This document shows positions 18,975 through 28,660 of a stretch of 64,000 bases of DNA, one piece after another. Both the position numbers and the translations under genes were made by a program. How positions within the stretch are numbered: the stretch's first letter is position 1; each line of letters opens with the position of its first letter. The DNA is from Candidatus Scatocola faecipullorum (lineage in GTDB: Bacteria > Pseudomonadota > Alphaproteobacteria > RF32 > CAG-239): assembly GCA_018714685.1 (NCBI GenBank), contig DVNC01000021.1, positions 76,758 through 140,757 of the forward strand, written 5' to 3'. Below the pieces are notes generated by a model that saw only the letters and a list, made by a program, of their open reading frames with translations, was not told the origin of the DNA and made no database searches.

Positions 18975-19493
18975 ATGCAAAAAAAACATGTTTTACAGGA
19001 TATGCTGGAGCCGGTCATCAGCGGGCTGGGATACGAAACTGTCCGTATTCTGACGATCGGTCAGGCGAATCCGACCCTGCAGATTATGATCGACAAGCTT
19101 GACGGCAGCGATATTGTGGTGGAGGACTGTGCTACGGTCAGTCGCAAAATTTCCGAAGTGCTGGATGCCAATGATCCGATTAAAGACAAATATAATCTGG
19201 AGGTCAGTTCTCCGGGGCTTGACCGGCCGTTGACCAAGCCGGCGCATTTTGTCCGTTTTGCCGGTTATGAAGCCAAGGTTGAGACGGATGAAGCCATTGA
19301 AAACCGCAAGAGGTTTAAAGGCAAAATTACCGGTTTGGACGAGGAAAACAAAGTTCATCTGGAAATGGACGGCCGGGAATATGTTATTCCCTTTGATGCG
19401 GTCAGCAAAGCCAAAATCGTGATTACCGACGAGTTGCTGCAGAAGTATGTCGATGAGCATCCCGAGTGCGGCGAACATGTGATTGAAGAATAA
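18975..19493 (+). CDS. rimP: Ribosome maturation factor RimP
   Basis: LEPVISGLGYETVRI...YNLEVSSPGLDRPL is the RimP signature. The ATG at 18975 has AGGAA upstream. First gene of the nusA operon. Confidence 0.9.
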   Translation: MQKKHVLQDMLEPVISGLGYETVRILTIGQANPTLQIMIDKLDGSDIVVEDCATVSRKISEVLDANDPIKDKYNLEVSSPGLDRPLTKPAHFVRFAGYEAKVETDEAIENRKRFKGKITGLDEENKVHLEMDGREYVIPFDAVSKAKIVITDELLQKYVDEHPECGEHVIEE

Positions 19494-19533
19494 CTAACAA
19501 CGTTTTGTAATAATTAGGACTAACGAGGATAAA

Positions 19534-21063
19534 ATGCAAAGAATCGAAAATATGCCCAGACCTGAAATTATTTTGGTTGCCGATACGGTAGCCCGTGAGA
19601 AAAACATTGATAAAGAAGATGTTTTTGAAGCAATGGAAATTGCCATTCAGAAGGCTGCCCGTTCCAAATACGGTTTCGAACACGACATTCGTGCGACGAT
19701 TGACCGCAAAACCGGCGCCATCAGTCTGGCCCGTTACCGTGAAGTGGTTGATGAGATTGTTCCGGCGGAAGGCGAAGAAGACGACAGTCAGAATGCAACC
19801 AAAATTTTGCTGGAGGATGCTTTGGCTTACGATGAAAATGCCAAAGTCGGCGATTTTATCATTGATGAGCTGCCGCCGATCGATTTCGGCCGCATTGCCG
19901 CCCAGACCGCAAAGCAGGTTATTGTTCAGAAAGTTCGCGATGCCGAACGTAATAAACAATTTGAAGAATACAAAGAAAAAGTCGGTACGATTATTAACGG
20001 AACCATCAAACGAATCGAGTTCGGCAATGTTATTCTCGATATCGGCAAAGCGGAAGCCATTCTGCGCCGCGATGAAATTATTCCGCGGGAAAAATTCAAA
20101 AACGGCGACCGGGTTCGCGCTTATGTCCTTGATGTTCGCCGCGAGAATAAAGGGCCGCAGATTTTCCTTTCCCGTACTTGTCCGGAATTCTTGGCCAAGC
20201 TGTTTACGCAGGAGGTTCCGGAAATTTATGACGGCGTGGTTAAAATTATGGGCGTTGCCCGTGATCCGGGTTCAAAAGCGAAAATTGCCGTTAAAGCCGA
20301 TGATATGACGGTTGACGCCGTCGGTGCCTGCGTCGGTTTGCGCGGTATTCGCGTTCAGGCGGTGGTTACCGAACTGCAGGGCGAAAAAATCGATATTGTT
20401 CCTTATTCCGAAGACAAGGCTCAGTACATTGTCAGTGCTTTGGCTCCGGCCGAAGTGACCAAAGTCGTTTTGGATGAAGAAAACAACCGTATTGAAGCGG
20501 TTGTTCCGCAGGAGCAGTTCTCCATTGCCATCGGCCGCCGCGGACAAAATGTTAAACTGGCTTCCCAGCTGCTGGGCTGCGATATTGACGTTTTGACCGA
20601 AGAACAGGAACAGGAACGCCGCTCAAATGAAAATAAAGTTCGTTCACAACGCTTTATGGAAGCCTTGGACGTTGACGAGATGATTGCGCATCTGTTGATT
20701 GCCGAAGGTTTCTCTACCGTGGACGAAGTTGCATTGGTTCCGCTGAGCGAACTGTCCGAAATTGAAGGTTTTGATGAAGACGTTGCTTCCGAATTGCAGT
20801 CCAGAGCCAAGGCCTTTATCGAAAAACGCAATGCCGAATTTGCCAAGAAGAGTGAAACTCTCGGTATTGACGAGAAACTCAAAGGCATTGAAGGGCTGGA
20901 TCAGGATATGATTTTGACACTGGCCGATAAAGGTGTTAAAACCATTGACGACTTGGGCGATTTAGCCGCAGACGAACTGATGGAAATGCTCGGGGAGAAT
21001 GTTCTTTCCGAAGTAGAAGCTAATCGGATTATTATGGCGGCTCGCGCCCACTGGTTTGAATAA
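19534..21063 (+). CDS. nusA: Transcription termination/antitermination factor NusA
   Basis: 509 aa with S1, KH (IGRRGQNVKLASQL) and C-terminal HhH repeats. Confidence 0.97.
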   Translation: MQRIENMPRPEIILVADTVAREKNIDKEDVFEAMEIAIQKAARSKYGFEHDIRATIDRKTGAISLARYREVVDEIVPAEGEEDDSQNATKILLEDALAYDENAKVGDFIIDELPPIDFGRIAAQTAKQVIVQKVRDAERNKQFEEYKEKVGTIINGTIKRIEFGNVILDIGKAEAILRRDEIIPREKFKNGDRVRAYVLDVRRENKGPQIFLSRTCPEFLAKLFTQEVPEIYDGVVKIMGVARDPGSKAKIAVKADDMTVDAVGACVGLRGIRVQAVVTELQGEKIDIVPYSEDKAQYIVSALAPAEVTKVVLDEENNRIEAVVPQEQFSIAIGRRGQNVKLASQLLGCDIDVLTEEQEQERRSNENKVRSQRFMEALDVDEMIAHLLIAEGFSTVDEVALVPLSELSEIEGFDEDVASELQSRAKAFIEKRNAEFAKKSETLGIDEKLKGIEGLDQDMILTLADKGVKTIDDLGDLAADELMEMLGENVLSEVEANRIIMAARAHWFE

Positions 21064-21075
21064 AACGCGTTCTAT

Positions 21076-21175
21076 GGCCGGCTAGTACAGATTTTGCGGG
21101 TCGGGAAAATGCTCATGTACTTCTGTGTACACTCCGCTTTTCCCACCCTGAAATCTTACTATCCGGCTCATATAA
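21076..21175. repeat. GTAC-centred palindromic element, copy B (nusA-ylxR spacer)
   Basis: ggccggctagtacagattttgcgggtcgggaaaatgctcatGTACttctGTGTACactccgcttttccc...gaaatcttactatccggctcatataa. Identical to copy G at most positions by eye. Confidence 0.75.
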
Positions 21176-21207
21176 CCTATTTTGTTTTTTTATTAACAGG
21201 TTTGTTT

Positions 21208-21780
21208 ATGGTTAAAGAAGATAAGGAACGGAAAGACATTGTCAGCGGGAAGGTAATGGAAAGCAAGGATTTGCTGCGTTTTACCGTGACGCCGGACAAT
21301 CAGGTTATTCCTGATTTCAGGAAACGGCTGCCCGGCAAAGGGATTTATGTGGCCTGTTCTTTGTCGGCATTAAAGGTTGCTGCGGCGAAAAATCTATTTG
21401 CCAAAGCGCTTAAAAAGAATGTAAAAGTAAGTGACGGCCTTATTCCGATGGTGGAGGCCATTTTAAGAAAAAAAGGTTTGGAGGCTGTTTGTCTGGCCAA
21501 AAAAGCCGGGGACTTGGTAACCGGTTTTGAAAAAGTCAGCGAAGCGCTGCGTAAGGACAAAGCGGCTTTTATTCTTGAGGCTAAAGACGCCGGGGCTGAC
21601 GGGCATGCCAAAATGCTTTCGCTGGCCAAAGGGGTTGAGGTTTTCGCGTTGTATGATGTTGAGGAGTTGGACAAGGCATTAGATCGGGTTAATACGGTCC
21701 ATGCGGCATTTTTGAAAAACAGGATGTCTGACATGGTTTATACGGAGTTTAAAAGACTGGACAAGTTTTTAAATTCTTAA
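21208..21780 (+). CDS. YlxR/DUF448-family RNA-binding protein
   Basis: [27 protein letters not shown] matches the DUF448 core, and the nusA-infB position is conserved. The upstream part of the track ORF is a translated repeat and is rejected. Confidence 0.8.
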   Translation: MVKEDKERKDIVSGKVMESKDLLRFTVTPDNQVIPDFRKRLPGKGIYVACSLSALKVAAAKNLFAKALKKNVKVSDGLIPMVEAILRKKGLEAVCLAKKAGDLVTGFEKVSEALRKDKAAFILEAKDAGADGHAKMLSLAKGVEVFALYDVEELDKALDRVNTVHAAFLKNRMSDMVYTEFKRLDKFLNS

Positions 21781-21817
21781 GACGAAGAAGAATATTGAAT
21801 TACGGAGATGGAAATAT

Positions 21818-24283
21818 ATGACAGAAGATAATGCAAAGAGCAAATTAACATTATCGGGAAAATCGACGCTTACTCTCAAAAATCTGGGTGATAAGGCTCA
21901 TACGCACGAAGGCAAAAAAGTTGTGCAGGTGGAAGTACGCAAAAAAAGAGTGATTAATCCGAATGCGCAGCCGGCCGAAAACAATGTTAAGATTGACGAA
22001 GCAACGGCTATGAAACTGAAGCTGATTGCCGAAGCCAAAGAGCATGAGGCCCGCCGCCGTCAGGAAGAAGAGGAGAAAGAACGTCTGCGCCGTCAGGAAC
22101 GCGAACAGGAAGAAAAAGAGCGTTTGGCGCGTCAGGCTGCGGAAGAAGCCAAAAAGGCGGAAATGGTGAAAGAAATCAAATCGGCCCAGATTACAGCTCC
22201 GGTAGTCGAAGCCGAGGAAAAATCTTTTAAGACCAAAGATAAAAAATCAAAAGATTATGATGATGACGAAGATGAAGAGGAAAATTCTTCAAAAAAATTC
22301 CGCAAAGCTTCCGACCTTGAAAAAAGCCGCGAAGATGTATTTGAGCAGGAACGCAAAAAAGTTATGAAACGGAGTTTTGAACCGCAGCGCCGGGGTGGAA
22401 AAGTTAATCTGCACAGCATCGGCAGCGGTGATGACGACGATGACGATTATGGTTTCGGCGGGCCGCGGCGCCGCTTTAAGAAAAAACAGCCTAAACCGGT
22501 TCAACCGGTTCAGCCGCAGGAAAAGGTTATTAAAGAAGTTATTATTCCTGAAATTATTACGGTTCAGGAGCTGGCTAACCGTATGGCCGAGAAGAGTGCC
22601 GATGTTATCAAAAAGCTAATGTCTCTGGGGGTTATGGCAACCATTAACCAGCCGATTGATGCCGATACGGCGCAAATCGTGGTCGAAGAACTGGGACACA
22701 AGTTTAAGCGCGTGGCCGACAGCGATGTTGAAGAAGCTATCAAGGGTGCGGAAGATACGCCGGATCAGATGCTGCCGCGGGCACCGGTGGTTACGGTTAT
22801 GGGGCACGTTGACCATGGTAAGACTTCTTTGCTGGATGCCTTGCGCGAGACAAACGTTGCCGCACGCGAAGCCGGCGGTATTACCCAGCATATCGGTGCA
22901 TATCAGATTGTGACGCCGAAAGGTGACAAGATTACCTTTATTGATACGCCGGGTCACGAGGCCTTTTCGGAAATGCGCGCGCGCGGTGCCAAAGTGACCG
23001 ATATTGTGGTTTTGGTCGTGGCTGCCAATGATGGCATTATGCCGCAGACAATTGAAGCTATCCGCCATGCTCAGGCGGCGGAAGTGCCGATTGTTGTGGC
23101 TATTAACAAAATTGACCTGCCGGGCGCCGACCCGATGAAAGTTAAGACTGCTTTGCTGCAGCACGGCATTGCGGTGGAGGAACTGGGCGGCGAATCGCTT
23201 TGTGCGGAAGTTTCGGCAAAGAAGCGCATCAATATCGATAAGTTGTTGGAAGCTATTCTGCTGCAGGCTGAGATTCTGGATTTGAAAGCGAATCCGAACC
23301 GGACGGCTGACGGTACGGTCATTGAAGCCAAAATGGAAAAAGGCCGCGGTTCGGTGGCAACGGTTTTGGTTCAGCGCGGAACGCTCAAGGTCGGCGACAT
23401 TTGTATTGCCGGCAAAGAATGGGGACGTGTTCGTGCCATGTTTAATGAAATGGGGCACAAAGTTCAGGAAGCCGGTCCGGCAACTCCGGTAGAAGTTCTC
23501 GGTTTGCAGGGAACACCTGCGGCCGGTGACGATTTTACGGTTGTTGCTGATGAAAATCAGGCTCGTGAAGTAACCAATTATCGTATCCGCAAAGAACGTG
23601 ACGCCAAACTGGTAAAAAGCGCCAAGTCAGCGATGGAACAGATGCTGGATAAAATTAAATCCGGCGAAATCAAACACTTGCCGGTTATTATCAAAGCTGA
23701 CGTTCAAGGGTCGATTGAGGCAATTGAAGGAACGTTGAACAAGTTGTCGAATGATGAAGTCAGTGTTCAAATTCTGCACTCGGCGGTCGGTCCGATTTCC
23801 GAATCCGACATTACGCTGGCGAAAGCTTCAAACGCTTTTGTAATCGGGTTTAACGTTCGTGCCATTCCGCAGGCGCGGGATATGGCCCGTCGCGACGGTG
23901 TTGATATTCGTTATTATTCAATTATCTACGATGTGGCCGATGACGTGAAGAAAGGTTTGGAAGGCATGCTGTCGCCCGAACTCAAAGAGAAGATTCTCGG
24001 TTATGCCGAAATCCGCAATGTCTTTAATATTACCGGGGTGGGCAAAGTTGCCGGCTGTATGGTTACCGAAGGGCTGGTCAAACGCGGTGCAAAAGTCCGC
24101 CTGCTGCGTGACAACGTCGTTATCCATGACGGCAATCTCGGCCAACTCAAACGTTTCAAAGAAGACGTCAAGGAAGTTAAAGAAGGCTATGAATGCGGTA
24201 TGAGCTTTGAAAACTATAATGACATTCAGGTCGGTGACTTTATTGAATGTTATGAGATAGAGGCTATTGCCGCCAAACTGTAA
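21818..24283 (+). CDS. infB: Translation initiation factor IF-2
   Basis: 821 aa with a charged low-complexity N-terminus, then the GTPase [25 protein letters not shown] and NKID. Confidence 0.97.
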   Translation: MTEDNAKSKLTLSGKSTLTLKNLGDKAHTHEGKKVVQVEVRKKRVINPNAQPAENNVKIDEATAMKLKLIAEAKEHEARRRQEEEEKERLRRQEREQEEKERLARQAAEEAKKAEMVKEIKSAQITAPVVEAEEKSFKTKDKKSKDYDDDEDEEENSSKKFRKASDLEKSREDVFEQERKKVMKRSFEPQRRGGKVNLHSIGSGDDDDDDYGFGGPRRRFKKKQPKPVQPVQPQEKVIKEVIIPEIITVQELANRMAEKSADVIKKLMSLGVMATINQPIDADTAQIVVEELGHKFKRVADSDVEEAIKGAEDTPDQMLPRAPVVTVMGHVDHGKTSLLDALRETNVAAREAGGITQHIGAYQIVTPKGDKITFIDTPGHEAFSEMRARGAKVTDIVVLVVAANDGIMPQTIEAIRHAQAAEVPIVVAINKIDLPGADPMKVKTALLQHGIAVEELGGESLCAEVSAKKRINIDKLLEAILLQAEILDLKANPNRTADGTVIEAKMEKGRGSVATVLVQRGTLKVGDICIAGKEWGRVRAMFNEMGHKVQEAGPATPVEVLGLQGTPAAGDDFTVVADENQAREVTNYRIRKERDAKLVKSAKSAMEQMLDKIKSGEIKHLPVIIKADVQGSIEAIEGTLNKLSNDEVSVQILHSAVGPISESDITLAKASNAFVIGFNVRAIPQARDMARRDGVDIRYYSIIYDVADDVKKGLEGMLSPELKEKILGYAEIRNVFNITGVGKVAGCMVTEGLVKRGAKVRLLRDNVVIHDGNLGQLKRFKEDVKEVKEGYECGMSFENYNDIQVGDFIECYEIEAIAAKL

Positions 24284-24297
24284 ATGTTTCTGACCGG

Positions 24298-24383
24298 GAA
24301 CTGGCAGGGAAATTGCAGGACGGAAGTGTCCTTCCGTACGTTTGTGTATGTTTCGGTACTTCCGCCTTTATTTTCCCAGCCTG
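24298..24383. repeat. GTAC-centred palindromic element, copy C (after infB)
   Basis: ctggcagggaaattgcaggacggaagtgtccttccGTACgtttGTGTATgtttcggtacttccgcctttattttcccagcc. Inner arms ggacggaagt / acttccgcc. A degenerate F-type copy may follow at about 24400-24500. Confidence 0.7.
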
Positions 24384-24576
24384 CAACATTTTAAGTGAGG
24401 GGCATTATGCCGGTTATTTTGTTGAATATGCATGTCGTTCAAAAGCAACGGTGCCGCATGTTCCTTTCTCAGAACCGTCGGTGAGAGCAGGGGCAAAAAT
24501 TAAGAATTAGTTTTCCCGGCCGGGCATATTTTCAGGTTGAGGTCAGGAATATCAAGTTAGGATAAGGAATAAGAAA

Positions 24577-24966
24577 ATGGCAGTAAAAGAACAATCGCAG
24601 AGACAGCTGCGGGTCGGGCAGGAAATCAAACGGATTTTGGCCGGATTTATTCAAAAAGGGGAAATTCGTAATCTGGAGGGAATTGACACGATTGTGACGA
24701 TTACCGAAGTGACGGTGTCTCCTGATTTGAAATATGCGTCGGTTTATCTGATGACGCTGAACAATGCTCATTTGCAGGAAGTTGTCGGCGGTTTGCAGCT
24801 GGCGGCCAACTATCTGCGCAAGCAAATTGCCGAAAAGATGCAGCTGCGTTACGCTCCGGAGCTGGTCTTTAAGGTTGACAAGACTTTTGAGGAAGTTGAT
24901 AAGATCGAAAAGCTGCTGCGGGATCCTAAAGTGGCTCATGATTTGCAGCAGCCCGATGAAGAATAA
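24577..24966 (+). CDS. rbfA: Ribosome-binding factor A
   Basis: RQLRVGQEIKRILAGFIQKGEI...ITEVTVSPDLKYASVY...LRYAPELVFKVD is the RbfA pattern. Confidence 0.9.
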   Translation: MAVKEQSQRQLRVGQEIKRILAGFIQKGEIRNLEGIDTIVTITEVTVSPDLKYASVYLMTLNNAHLQEVVGGLQLAANYLRKQIAEKMQLRYAPELVFKVDKTFEEVDKIEKLLRDPKVAHDLQQPDEE

Positions 24967-24992
24967 AAAAGCCTCCGAAAGGAGGCTTTTTT
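24965..24992. terminator. Bidirectional rho-independent terminator
   Basis: aaaaaa-gcctcc-gaaa-ggaggc-tttttt, between convergent rbfA and the amidotransferase gene. Confidence 0.8.
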
Positions 24993-25008
24993 ATACGTCT
25001 GTTTGCTT

Positions 25009-25911
25009 TTACAAGCTTTTTTGCTTATGTTGCAGACAGATTTGTTCAAATAATTTTTGCTGATGACGGGAAGCTTCTTCGGCTATCCAGTCATAGATTT
25101 TCTGCATCCGTTTATCACCGATGGCGGCAAAATCTTCGGGGTGCCATTGAATGCAGAGCAGGTGTTTTTCTGCGTTTCCCCAAGCTTCGGGAGTTCCGTC
25201 CGAGGCCGTTGCATAGATTTTCATATCGGAAATCGTATCATTCGGCATCATTGCTTCCCGGTGGCGGGAATTGGTCAGAATATGTCCTTCGCCGATAATG
25301 TCGGCCAGAGGCGTAAACGGTGCAACAAATACATCGTGCGCGGCCAGTTCTTTGGTTTTATGTTCCAGCGGCGTTTGGGTGTATTCCTTAACGCTGCGGT
25401 ACATACGCATGCCGTGCATGCTTCCCAAAAGCTGGGCGCCGGCGCAGATTCCCAAAATCGGCAGACCGTTTTTTTCGGCTTTCATGATTGAGGAGATGTA
25501 AGCGTGCGAACGCGTACCCGGGCGGCTGCCGTTCGGTTTCAGCGGATCGGTGTAAAATTCGTTCGGCGAATCGAAAGCTCCGCCGGGCAGAATTAAACCG
25601 TTGATACCGTCCATCTGGTCAAGATTCTCATTATAAGTAAGAAATCTTAAGCTTGCTCCGGACTGAGCCATTGCTTTCAGATAAGGCATATCAACCGTAT
25701 AGTGCCCTTTTTCACGTCCCATCAGGAATGCAACCACAGGCCCTCCTTTACGGACTTCCGTGTCGGGTGCCAGTTCCTGCAGTGCTTCGTTGCTCAACTC
25801 CAGAATCGGAATTATATTCCGGTCTGTCAATTTTTTTACTTCTTTGTCGCTGATGCCGTAGGCATTGTATTCCGGAAGGAATTGCAGCGAGACAGTTTGT
25901 TTTGTTTGCAT
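25009..25911 (-). CDS. Class I glutamine amidotransferase, peptidase C26 / PuuD-like
   Basis: Nucleophile elbow GICAGAQLLG and the IQWHPE histidine block. 300 aa. Confidence 0.8.
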   Translation of the reverse strand: MQTKQTVSLQFLPEYNAYGISDKEVKKLTDRNIIPILELSNEALQELAPDTEVRKGGPVVAFLMGREKGHYTVDMPYLKAMAQSGASLRFLTYNENLDQMDGINGLILPGGAFDSPNEFYTDPLKPNGSRPGTRSHAYISSIMKAEKNGLPILGICAGAQLLGSMHGMRMYRSVKEYTQTPLEHKTKELAAHDVFVAPFTPLADIIGEGHILTNSRHREAMMPNDTISDMKIYATASDGTPEAWGNAEKHLLCIQWHPEDFAAIGDKRMQKIYDWIAEEASRHQQKLFEQICLQHKQKSL

Positions 25912-26064
25912 TTGTTTGTTTTTTTAGGTTCATAAAAATAGCAATTTCATTCAAAATAGCACCAATTGCGTGTTTTGTCAAAATGTTTGTCGAACAGGGC
26001 TTGCCAAAAACATAAGTTTGTATATAATCGGGACGATAGTTTTTATTATAAATGTTTGATAATT

Positions 26065-27069
26065 ATGGATGTATTGAAAGATTTTGAACTGCGTCAGGTC
26101 GGAAGCAGACTGGTTTTGAGACAGATATGCCCGCCTGATTTTGAGATGAGAACGATTATTGCTGCCGATAAGATTGTGGAGCAAAAGGAAGATTTTTTCG
26201 TGCTCGGCTACAATGAAAAATTTTTCTGTTTATGCCGCTATGATAAGCAAAACAGATGCCTTTGTTCAAAAATAGGCTGTGACGATTATGTCCGGCTCGG
26301 TAAGAAAATTCTGTTTTTGCAGAATATGATGTGGCAGCTGTGGGATGAAGATTTTCAGCTCCATTTTCTGGGCGAATCCGTCGATCAGAAAAAAACGGTA
26401 TTTGTCCGTAAACTTTTCGAAGGCAAAACATGGAACGGGCTTTATTTGCTCAGCTATTTTGAGGGAAACCGGCTCTGTCAAGTCAGGTGCAGCGATTATC
26501 AGAAGACTGAAGGGAAAAGCATTCCCTGTCTGCAAGCTGATATTGCCAAGCTTAAAATAGAAGGTGTTTGGTGTTTTCTCAATATCTTTTCGCGAGGAAA
26601 ATGGTGCCATTGTCCGGGGATGAAAGCTCCGGAATACGGCGTTGAGCGAAAGGTCGTTCTGAGTGAGAAGCCGATGGCTTCTTGGGCGGACTATCATCAT
26701 TTTGTGGAGACATTTCAAAGCAGCAAGTCCGGTTTTGGCTGGATTGCGGATTTTGAAGAAAAATTTGCTAATGCTCTGTGGGAGGGCAAGGATCCTTTCT
26801 TTGATGTGGTCTTACTGCCGTTATTCGGCAGTTGCGGTGAAAGTTTCGGCGTTAAGGTTATTGCCCGGACGCGCAGAATTTTTGAAGGAGAAACACAAGG
26901 TATTTATCAGGTGCTGGCTAAGGACGTGTTTTATAAGCAGGATGCCGATGAGGTTGAAATGGGGCAGTTTGATGGGAAAGACTGTCTTTATGTCCGCTAT
27001 GGCAACAAAGTGCATAAAGTTGTTTGTCAACCGACGGTGATAGGGGCTAAATTGCAGTTAATCGAATGA
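26065..27069 (+). CDS. Hypothetical protein (Cys/Trp/Phe-rich orphan)
   Basis: The long ORF has no recognisable motif, TM segment or signal peptide. The start is uncertain (MDVLKDFEL at 26065, or further upstream at 25966). A strong terminator follows. Confidence 0.5.
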   Translation: MDVLKDFELRQVGSRLVLRQICPPDFEMRTIIAADKIVEQKEDFFVLGYNEKFFCLCRYDKQNRCLCSKIGCDDYVRLGKKILFLQNMMWQLWDEDFQLHFLGESVDQKKTVFVRKLFEGKTWNGLYLLSYFEGNRLCQVRCSDYQKTEGKSIPCLQADIAKLKIEGVWCFLNIFSRGKWCHCPGMKAPEYGVERKVVLSEKPMASWADYHHFVETFQSSKSGFGWIADFEEKFANALWEGKDPFFDVVLLPLFGSCGESFGVKVIARTRRIFEGETQGIYQVLAKDVFYKQDADEVEMGQFDGKDCLYVRYGNKVHKVVCQPTVIGAKLQLIE

Positions 27070-27073
27070 TAAA

Positions 27074-27099
27074 AGCGCTTCTCAGGAAGCGCTTTTTTT
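27074..27099 (+). terminator. Rho-independent terminator
   Basis: agcgcttc-tcag-gaagcgct followed by T7. Confidence 0.75.
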
Positions 27100-27149
27100 G
27101 TTGCCAGAGGCAGAGATATCCGTTAAGAAAGTAATAAAAGGAAAAGAAG

Positions 27150-28058
27150 ATGAGACGAAAAAAAGGCGAAGACATTAACGGCTGGCTGATAGTCGATAAA
27201 CCGCGGGACATCGGGTCAACCCAAGTGGTGAACCTGACCCGGCGGCTGTTTAATGCCAAAAAGAACGGACATGCGGGCACATTGGATCCGTTTGCCACCG
27301 GAATTCTGCCGATTGCTTTCGGCGAGGCAACCAAGCTGCTGCCTTATGTGACGGACGGCCGCAAAGAATATGAATTTGTCGTGCAGTGGGGAAAAGCGAC
27401 CGATACGGGAGATTCCGAAGGAAAAATTGTCAGCGAATCGGATAAAATTCCCGACCGGGAAGAAATTTTGGCGGTTATCCCGCAGTTTGTGGGGCAGATC
27501 AATCAGGTGCCGCCGGCTTATTCGGCCATTAAAATCAACGGCCGTCGGGCTTATGCTTTGGCGCGCAGCGGCGAAGAAGTCAGCATTCCCGAGCGGACGG
27601 TGGAAGTTTATGCCCTGGAGCTGCTGGAGGAACTGCCGGAAGGACAGGCCAGATTCCGGGTGGAATGTTCGAAAGGAACTTATGTGCGCAGTCTGGGTCG
27701 CGATTTGGCTGAAAAACTGGGAACCTGCGGCTTTTTGCAGGAGCTGCGGCGGACAAAATGCGGTCAATTTGGCCTTGAGTCAAAAATTTTACTGGAAAAT
27801 ATAAAAAATATAGTGCATAGTGATGCCCTAAAAGAAATTTTGCTTCCGTTAGAAACATCCCTGCGCGACATCGCGGAGATTGCTGTTTCGGAAGTTGACG
27901 CAGACAAGCTGAAAAAAGGACAAGGCGTTTCGCCCCGGGCTTATGACATTGATAAGCTCATCGGCCGGGAGGCGGCGGCGTTTTGCAACGGCAGTTTGAT
28001 TGCAATCGTGCGAATCGAGGAAAAAAGAATTTCCCCGCTTCGGGTTTTTAATTTGTGA
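27150..28058 (+). CDS. truB: tRNA pseudouridine-55 synthase
   Basis: GWLIVDKPRDIGSTQVV...GHAGTLDPFATGILPIAFGEATKL contains the catalytic Asp motif. Confidence 0.95.
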   Translation: MRRKKGEDINGWLIVDKPRDIGSTQVVNLTRRLFNAKKNGHAGTLDPFATGILPIAFGEATKLLPYVTDGRKEYEFVVQWGKATDTGDSEGKIVSESDKIPDREEILAVIPQFVGQINQVPPAYSAIKINGRRAYALARSGEEVSIPERTVEVYALELLEELPEGQARFRVECSKGTYVRSLGRDLAEKLGTCGFLQELRRTKCGQFGLESKILLENIKNIVHSDALKEILLPLETSLRDIAEIAVSEVDADKLKKGQGVSPRAYDIDKLIGREAAAFCNGSLIAIVRIEEKRISPLRVFNL

Positions 28059-28079
28059 ATAAACGAAAAGGAAAAATAG

Positions 28080-28349
28080 ATGTCGATTACAAATGAAAAA
28101 AAACAGGAATTAATTAAAGAATTCGGCCAGACCCCGGGTGACACCGGTTCTCCGGAAGTTCAGATTGCCATCTGGACCTACAGAATCAACTCTCTGATTG
28201 AGCACTTCAATACGCATCAGAAAGATCTGCACTCCCGTTTGGGCTTGATGAAGATGGTCAGCCGTCGTCGTCACCTGTTGGATCACCTGAAATCAAAAAG
28301 CGAAAGTCGGTATCAGGATCTGATTAAGAAGCTCGACCTCCGTAAATAA
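28080..28349 (+). CDS. rpsO: 30S ribosomal protein S15
   Basis: 89 aa. [11 protein letters not shown]...[30 protein letters not shown]-like S15 pattern. Confidence 0.97.
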   Translation: MSITNEKKQELIKEFGQTPGDTGSPEVQIAIWTYRINSLIEHFNTHQKDLHSRLGLMKMVSRRRHLLDHLKSKSESRYQDLIKKLDLRK

Positions 28350-28472
28350 GATTGATTTTATGCGGTATCTAAAGCAAAAAATGCGAGTACGAAAAAATTC
28401 ATGTACTTTTATGTACATTAAAATTTTTTCGTCTCTGTTTTTCACTTTATCTACTCCCCTAAAATCAATCTT
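28348..28472. repeat. GTAC-centred palindromic element, copy D (rpsO 3' UTR)
   Basis: Perfect 13-nt terminal inverted repeat aagattgatttta / taaaatcaatctt. Inner perfect inverted repeat acgaaaaaatt / aattttttcgt. Centre catGTACttttatGTACa. The left end overlaps the rpsO TAA. Confidence 0.85.
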
Positions 28473-28540
28473 CGGGGGTTTAGGTGTTCAGCCTAAATCA
28501 AACCTTAAAGTAATTCGTTTTATGGTTTGAGAAAATTTTT

Positions 28541-28573
28541 GAATGCGGGGCGGGTGCGTTCCGCATTCTTTGT
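28541..28573 (+). terminator. rpsO terminator/attenuator hairpin in the rpsO-pnp spacer
   Basis: Perfect 8-bp stem gaatgcgg...ccgcattc followed by tttgt. A second hairpin cctgc-tttcg-ggcagg lies downstream in the pnp leader. Confidence 0.5.
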
Positions 28574-28660
28574 AAAAAAATCCTGCTTTCGGGCAGGTGG
28601 CCGGAGCGGGAGGGCCTGCGCCGGTTGATGATTGTAAGAGAATATGAAAGGAAAGATTTT

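Noticed and set aside
24313-24510. 65-aa ORF in the infB-rbfA spacer. The N-terminal extension of the ylxR track ORF (21094-21207) and the ORF at 53136-53351 are similar cases.
   Set aside because: These are translations of the palindromic repeat copies (C, B and J). The same DNA occurs in non-coding contexts elsewhere and no RBS is present.
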